Shown: positions 60,887 to 64,000 of the stretch, in pieces | How positions within the stretch are numbered: the stretch's first letter is position 1 | Layout: each line of letters begins with the position of its first letter | From: Trueperaceae bacterium | GTDB taxonomy: Bacteria > Deinococcota > Deinococci > Deinococcales > Trueperaceae | Direction: 5' to 3' | Length of the DNA stretch: 64,000 nucleotides | NCBI GenBank assembly: GCA_965214405.1 | Contig: OZ243956.1 | Coordinates: 1,984,001-2,048,000 of the forward strand | Notes under the pieces: generated by a model | What the model saw: only the letters and a program-made list of their open reading frames with translations | Told to the model about the DNA's origin: nothing | Database searches by the model: none | Made by a program: the position numbers and the translations under genes

Positions 60887-62395
60887 TCACCCTCTCAGCC
60901 CCTGCGCCAGCGCGTAATAAAGGTCATTCTGCCGCAGCTCGTTTTTCAGCTCGCGCAGTTCGGTGTCTTTGTCAATGACGACGAGTTCGACCCCGGCCAT
61001 CTCCGCAAAATCTTCTATGAATTCGCTCCTCACCGGATAGCTATAAACCGTGTGGTGCGCCCCGCCCGCATAAATCCAGGCGGCGATTGCGGTCTTGAAG
61101 TCGGGCTGGCACTCCCAGACGGCCCTCGCCACCGGCAAGTTCGGCAGGTCTGGATGTTCAACGGCGGTCACCTCGTTGACAATCAAGCGAAAGCGGTTAC
61201 CCATGTCGATGAGCGAGACGTTGACGGCGGGACCGGGCGGCGCGCCAAACACCAAGCGCACCGGGTCGTCTTTGCCGCCGATGCCCAGGGGATGAAGCTC
61301 GAGCCTCGGCTTGCCCGCCGCGATGCTCGGGCAGACTTCCAGCATGTGCGCGCCCAAGACCTGAAGGTTACCGGGTTCCAAATGATAGGTGTAGTCCTCC
61401 ATAAACGAGGTGCCGCCCGTCAAGCCCTGCCCCATCACCTTGAGCGCGCGCAGCAGCGCCGCCGTTTTCCAGTCGCCCTCCGCGCCGAAGCCGTAGCCGT
61501 CGGCCATCAGTCGCTGCACGGCGAGGCCGGGGAGTTGGGTGAGGCCGTGCAAGTTCTCAAAAGTGGTGGTAAAGCCTTTGAAATGCCCGTCCTCGAGAAA
61601 CGCCCGCAGCCCCAACTCCTGCCGCGCCCCGTCGCGTAAAGAGGCGTGACGCTCGCCGTCCTTTTGCAGATTTTCGGCGACCTCATAAAGCTCGTTATAT
61701 TCCTCGACGAGCTTGGTTACTGCCGCGTCGTCTACGGCCTCAATCCGCGCGACCAAATCCCCCACGCCGTAGCCGTTGACCGAAAACCCGAAGCGCATCT
61801 CCGCCGCGACCTTGTCGCCCTCGGTCACCGCGACCTCTCGCATGTTGTCGCCGAAGCGGGCAAACTTCGCGCCTTGTAAATCAAACCAGGCGTGCGCGAC
61901 TCTTGCCCAGGTGCCGAGTCGTTCTTGCACCTCGGGGTCGCTGTAGTGCCCGACGACCACCTTGCGCTTTAGCCCCATGCGAGTGTGCAAGAACCCCGCC
62001 TCACGGTCGCCGTGCGCCGCCTGGTTGAGGTTCATAAAGTCCATGTCGATACTTTCCCAGGGCAGTTCGCGGTTGTACTGAGTGTGGAGGTGGCAAAAGG
62101 GTTTGGTGAGGACGGACAGGCCGCCAATCCACATCCTCGAGGGCGAAAACGTGTGCATCCATAACACCAGCCCGGCGCAAGTCGGGTCGGCGTTGGCCTC
62201 GAGCATTAGCCTACGAATCTCGTCCGCCGTGGTGAGCAGGCCCTTGAAAACAACGGGCAAAGGTACAGCGTCCGCGTCGTTTAGAGCGTTGGCGACGGCT
62301 CGAGCGTTGCTCTCAACCTGCCGCAACAGCTCCGCCCCGTAGAGATGCTGCGAACCACAGACAAACCAAATATCGGGATGGGTGAGTTCTTTCAT
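60887..62395 (-). CDS. araA: L-arabinose isomerase
   Basis: 'GSQHLYG', 'WMHTFSP', 'NQAAHGDRE', 'HMLEVCP', 'GGAHH'. Confidence 0.97.
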   Translation of the reverse strand: MKELTHPDIWFVCGSQHLYGAELLRQVESNARAVANALNDADAVPLPVVFKGLLTTADEIRRLMLEANADPTCAGLVLWMHTFSPSRMWIGGLSVLTKPFCHLHTQYNRELPWESIDMDFMNLNQAAHGDREAGFLHTRMGLKRKVVVGHYSDPEVQERLGTWARVAHAWFDLQGAKFARFGDNMREVAVTEGDKVAAEMRFGFSVNGYGVGDLVARIEAVDDAAVTKLVEEYNELYEVAENLQKDGERHASLRDGARQELGLRAFLEDGHFKGFTTTFENLHGLTQLPGLAVQRLMADGYGFGAEGDWKTAALLRALKVMGQGLTGGTSFMEDYTYHLEPGNLQVLGAHMLEVCPSIAAGKPRLELHPLGIGGKDDPVRLVFGAPPGPAVNVSLIDMGNRFRLIVNEVTAVEHPDLPNLPVARAVWECQPDFKTAIAAWIYAGGAHHTVYSYPVRSEFIEDFAEMAGVELVVIDKDTELRELKNELRQNDLYYALAQGLRG

Positions 62396-62410
62396 GGGCC
62401 TCCTTTAGGC

Positions 62411-62468
62411 GATGGGTAGTAGTAAGTGGCTAGTGATTAGAAAAACTAACCACTCACCACTCATCACT
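62411..62468. repeat. Heptamer-built hairpin element, copy 3
   Basis: agtaagtggctagtga-ttagaaaaactaa-ccactcaccactcatcact. Confidence 0.8.
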
Positions 62469-62472
62469 GCCT

Positions 62473-63123
62473 CTACTGTCCGTAAACGTTTGTATAACGC
62501 TCGTGAAGCTTGGCAATATCTTGTTCCGACACGGGCTCGGGCGTGCCGAGTTGGACGGCTAGAAAGCTTGTTCTGGCGACGTCCTCGCACATGATGGCGG
62601 CTTTCACAGCGTCTTTGGGCGTTTTGCCGACGGTGAAGACGCCGTGGTTTTGCAAGATGATGGCGGGTGAACGGTGGCCTTTGAGGACGCGCACCACCTC
62701 CCGGCCTATCTCCTCGCCGCCGATGAGCGCGAAGCCGCCGCAGGGGATGGGGCCGCCGAACTCGTCGGCCATCGCGGTCAGGAAACAGGGGATGTCTTTG
62801 CCGACCGCCGCCCACGCGGTCGCGTAGGGAGAGTGGGTGTGGACGACGCCGCCGATGTCGGGCAGGTGTTTGTAAATGTAAGCGTGCGTGGCGGTGTCGG
62901 ACGAGAATTTGTAGTCGCCGCGGTTCTCTAGGGTCTCGATATCCACCTCACACATGCTCTCGGGCGTCAGGTCTTCAAACATCACGCCCGAGGGTTTAAT
63001 GACCATGCGGTTCTCGCCCGGCACCCGTCCGCTGATGTTGCCGCTCGTCCAGCTCACCAAGTTGTTGGCGGGCAGACGCGCGTGGAGGTCGCAGACTTGT
63101 TTTTGCATCTCCCCAATGGTCAC
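62473..63123 (-). CDS. araD: L-ribulose-5-phosphate 4-epimerase
   Basis: 'GNISGR', 'IKPSG', 'SSD', 'HTHS', 'NHG'. Confidence 0.93.
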   Translation of the reverse strand: MTIGEMQKQVCDLHARLPANNLVSWTSGNISGRVPGENRMVIKPSGVMFEDLTPESMCEVDIETLENRGDYKFSSDTATHAYIYKHLPDIGGVVHTHSPYATAWAAVGKDIPCFLTAMADEFGGPIPCGGFALIGGEEIGREVVRVLKGHRSPAIILQNHGVFTVGKTPKDAVKAAIMCEDVARTSFLAVQLGTPEPVSEQDIAKLHERYTNVYGQ

Positions 63124-64000
63124 TCGCTCCCCCTCGCCTCACGGACGCCCGCCTCGACCTCGTCGGCCTCGGGAGGTTCAGGTGTGGTCTCAGACGGAGT
63201 CTCGGCGTGGGTGTTGCTTTTGGCCTCGAGCCGAATCCGCTTCAACGTCTTCATCACGTTGTTCTCGCCGCGCCCAAAGGTGTCGTAAAGCCGTTTGTAC
63301 TCCCCGTAGAGCTTGTCATAAACCGCCCTATTTTCAGGAATAGGCGAGACGACCTCGTCTTTGAGCTTGCCCATCGCCTCAGACGCGGCGTGGATGTCCG
63401 GGTAAACCCCCGCCGCGACCGCCGCGAAGATGGCCGAGCCCAGCGCGGGCGCTTGCGCCGAGCCCGCCAGCTTTAAGGGGCGTCCGGTCACGTCGGCGTA
63501 AATCTGGCACAACATCCGGTTTTTTTCGGGCAGGCCGCCCGCCGCCACGAGTTCTTTCACCTCGACGCCGCTCGCCTCAAAGGCTTCGATAATCTCGCGC
63601 TTGCCGAAGGCGGTCGCCTCGATGAGCGCGCGGTAGATGTCGGGCGCCCTGGTCGCCAGCGTCAGGCCAACGATTAAACCGGAGAGATCAACGTCGACCA
63701 GGGTCGAGCGGTTGCCATTCCACCAGTCGAGCGCCAACAGGCCGTGCTCACCCACCTTTTGCGCCGCGGCTTCACGCTCGAGGTACGCGTAAATATCGAG
63801 CCCCGCCCCTTCCGCCGCGTCATAATCCTCCCGCGGCACCGCGCGCTCCACGAACCACGCGAAAATGTCGCCCACCCCGCTCTGCCCGGACTCGTAGCCG
63901 TAGAGACCCGGAACGACGCCGTTTTCCACCACGCCGCACATCCCCTCGACCTCTTGCAGACTCTCCGACGACATGATGTCGCAAGTCGAGGTGCCTATGA
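63120..64000 (-). CDS. araB: Ribulokinase (C-terminal part; starts beyond the window)
   Basis: 'GMCGVV', '[11 protein letters not shown]', 'EATAFG'; located with araD and araA. Confidence 0.93.
   Translation of the reverse strand, partial: IGTSTCDIMSSESLQEVEGMCGVVENGVVPGLYGYESGQSGVGDIFAWFVERAVPREDYDAAEGAGLDIYAYLEREAAAQKVGEHGLLALDWWNGNRSTLVDVDLSGLIVGLTLATRAPDIYRALIEATAFGKREIIEAFEASGVEVKELVAAGGLPEKNRMLCQIYADVTGRPLKLAGSAQAPALGSAIFAAVAAGVYPDIHAASEAMGKLKDEVVSPIPENRAVYDKLYGEYKRLYDTFGRGENNVMKTLKRIRLEAKSNTHAETPSETTPEPPEADEVEAGVREARGSE

Overview
GC-rich bacterial chromosomal segment, most consistent with Deinococcota (Truepera-like): leaderless -10/start-codon promoters, lptB/DUF3084, aceE/aceF and a strong excess of CTCGAG. 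Left to right: (i) end of a sugar ABC operon and an IS1182-like remnant; (ii) a ~16 kb LacI-regulated catabolic cluster (peptide-type ABC importer, 900-aa PQQ-like propeller protein, CoA transferase, fused GMC oxidoreductase, enoyl-CoA hydratase, aldehyde dehydrogenase, GH88); (iii) a TetA(P)-like MFS with upstream ORFs; (iv) a ~10 kb island with a Xer-like tyrosine recombinase, two RES-Xre toxin-antitoxin pairs, an ABC/phosphodiesterase operon and a P-loop kinase; (v) housekeeping genes, a LOV blue-light histidine kinase phosphorelay, a decayed copper locus, a LexA-like gene and araBDA. The top candidate for an undescribed system is the island. Its modules are separated by a recurring 32-bp 13-6-13 imperfect palindrome (TTnTGCRnCARAC-GCGCGC-GTYTGnYGCAnAA) shaped like a tyrosine-recombinase site, suggesting a dif-module/integron-like cassette array. 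Other notable items: three translationally coupled 5-codon mini-ORFs built from a 14-bp tandem repeat, a toxin with a probable CTG start, a hairpin repeat splitting an RBS from its start codon, and an unassigned structured RNA candidate. All calls are by eye from sequence motifs; no searches were run.
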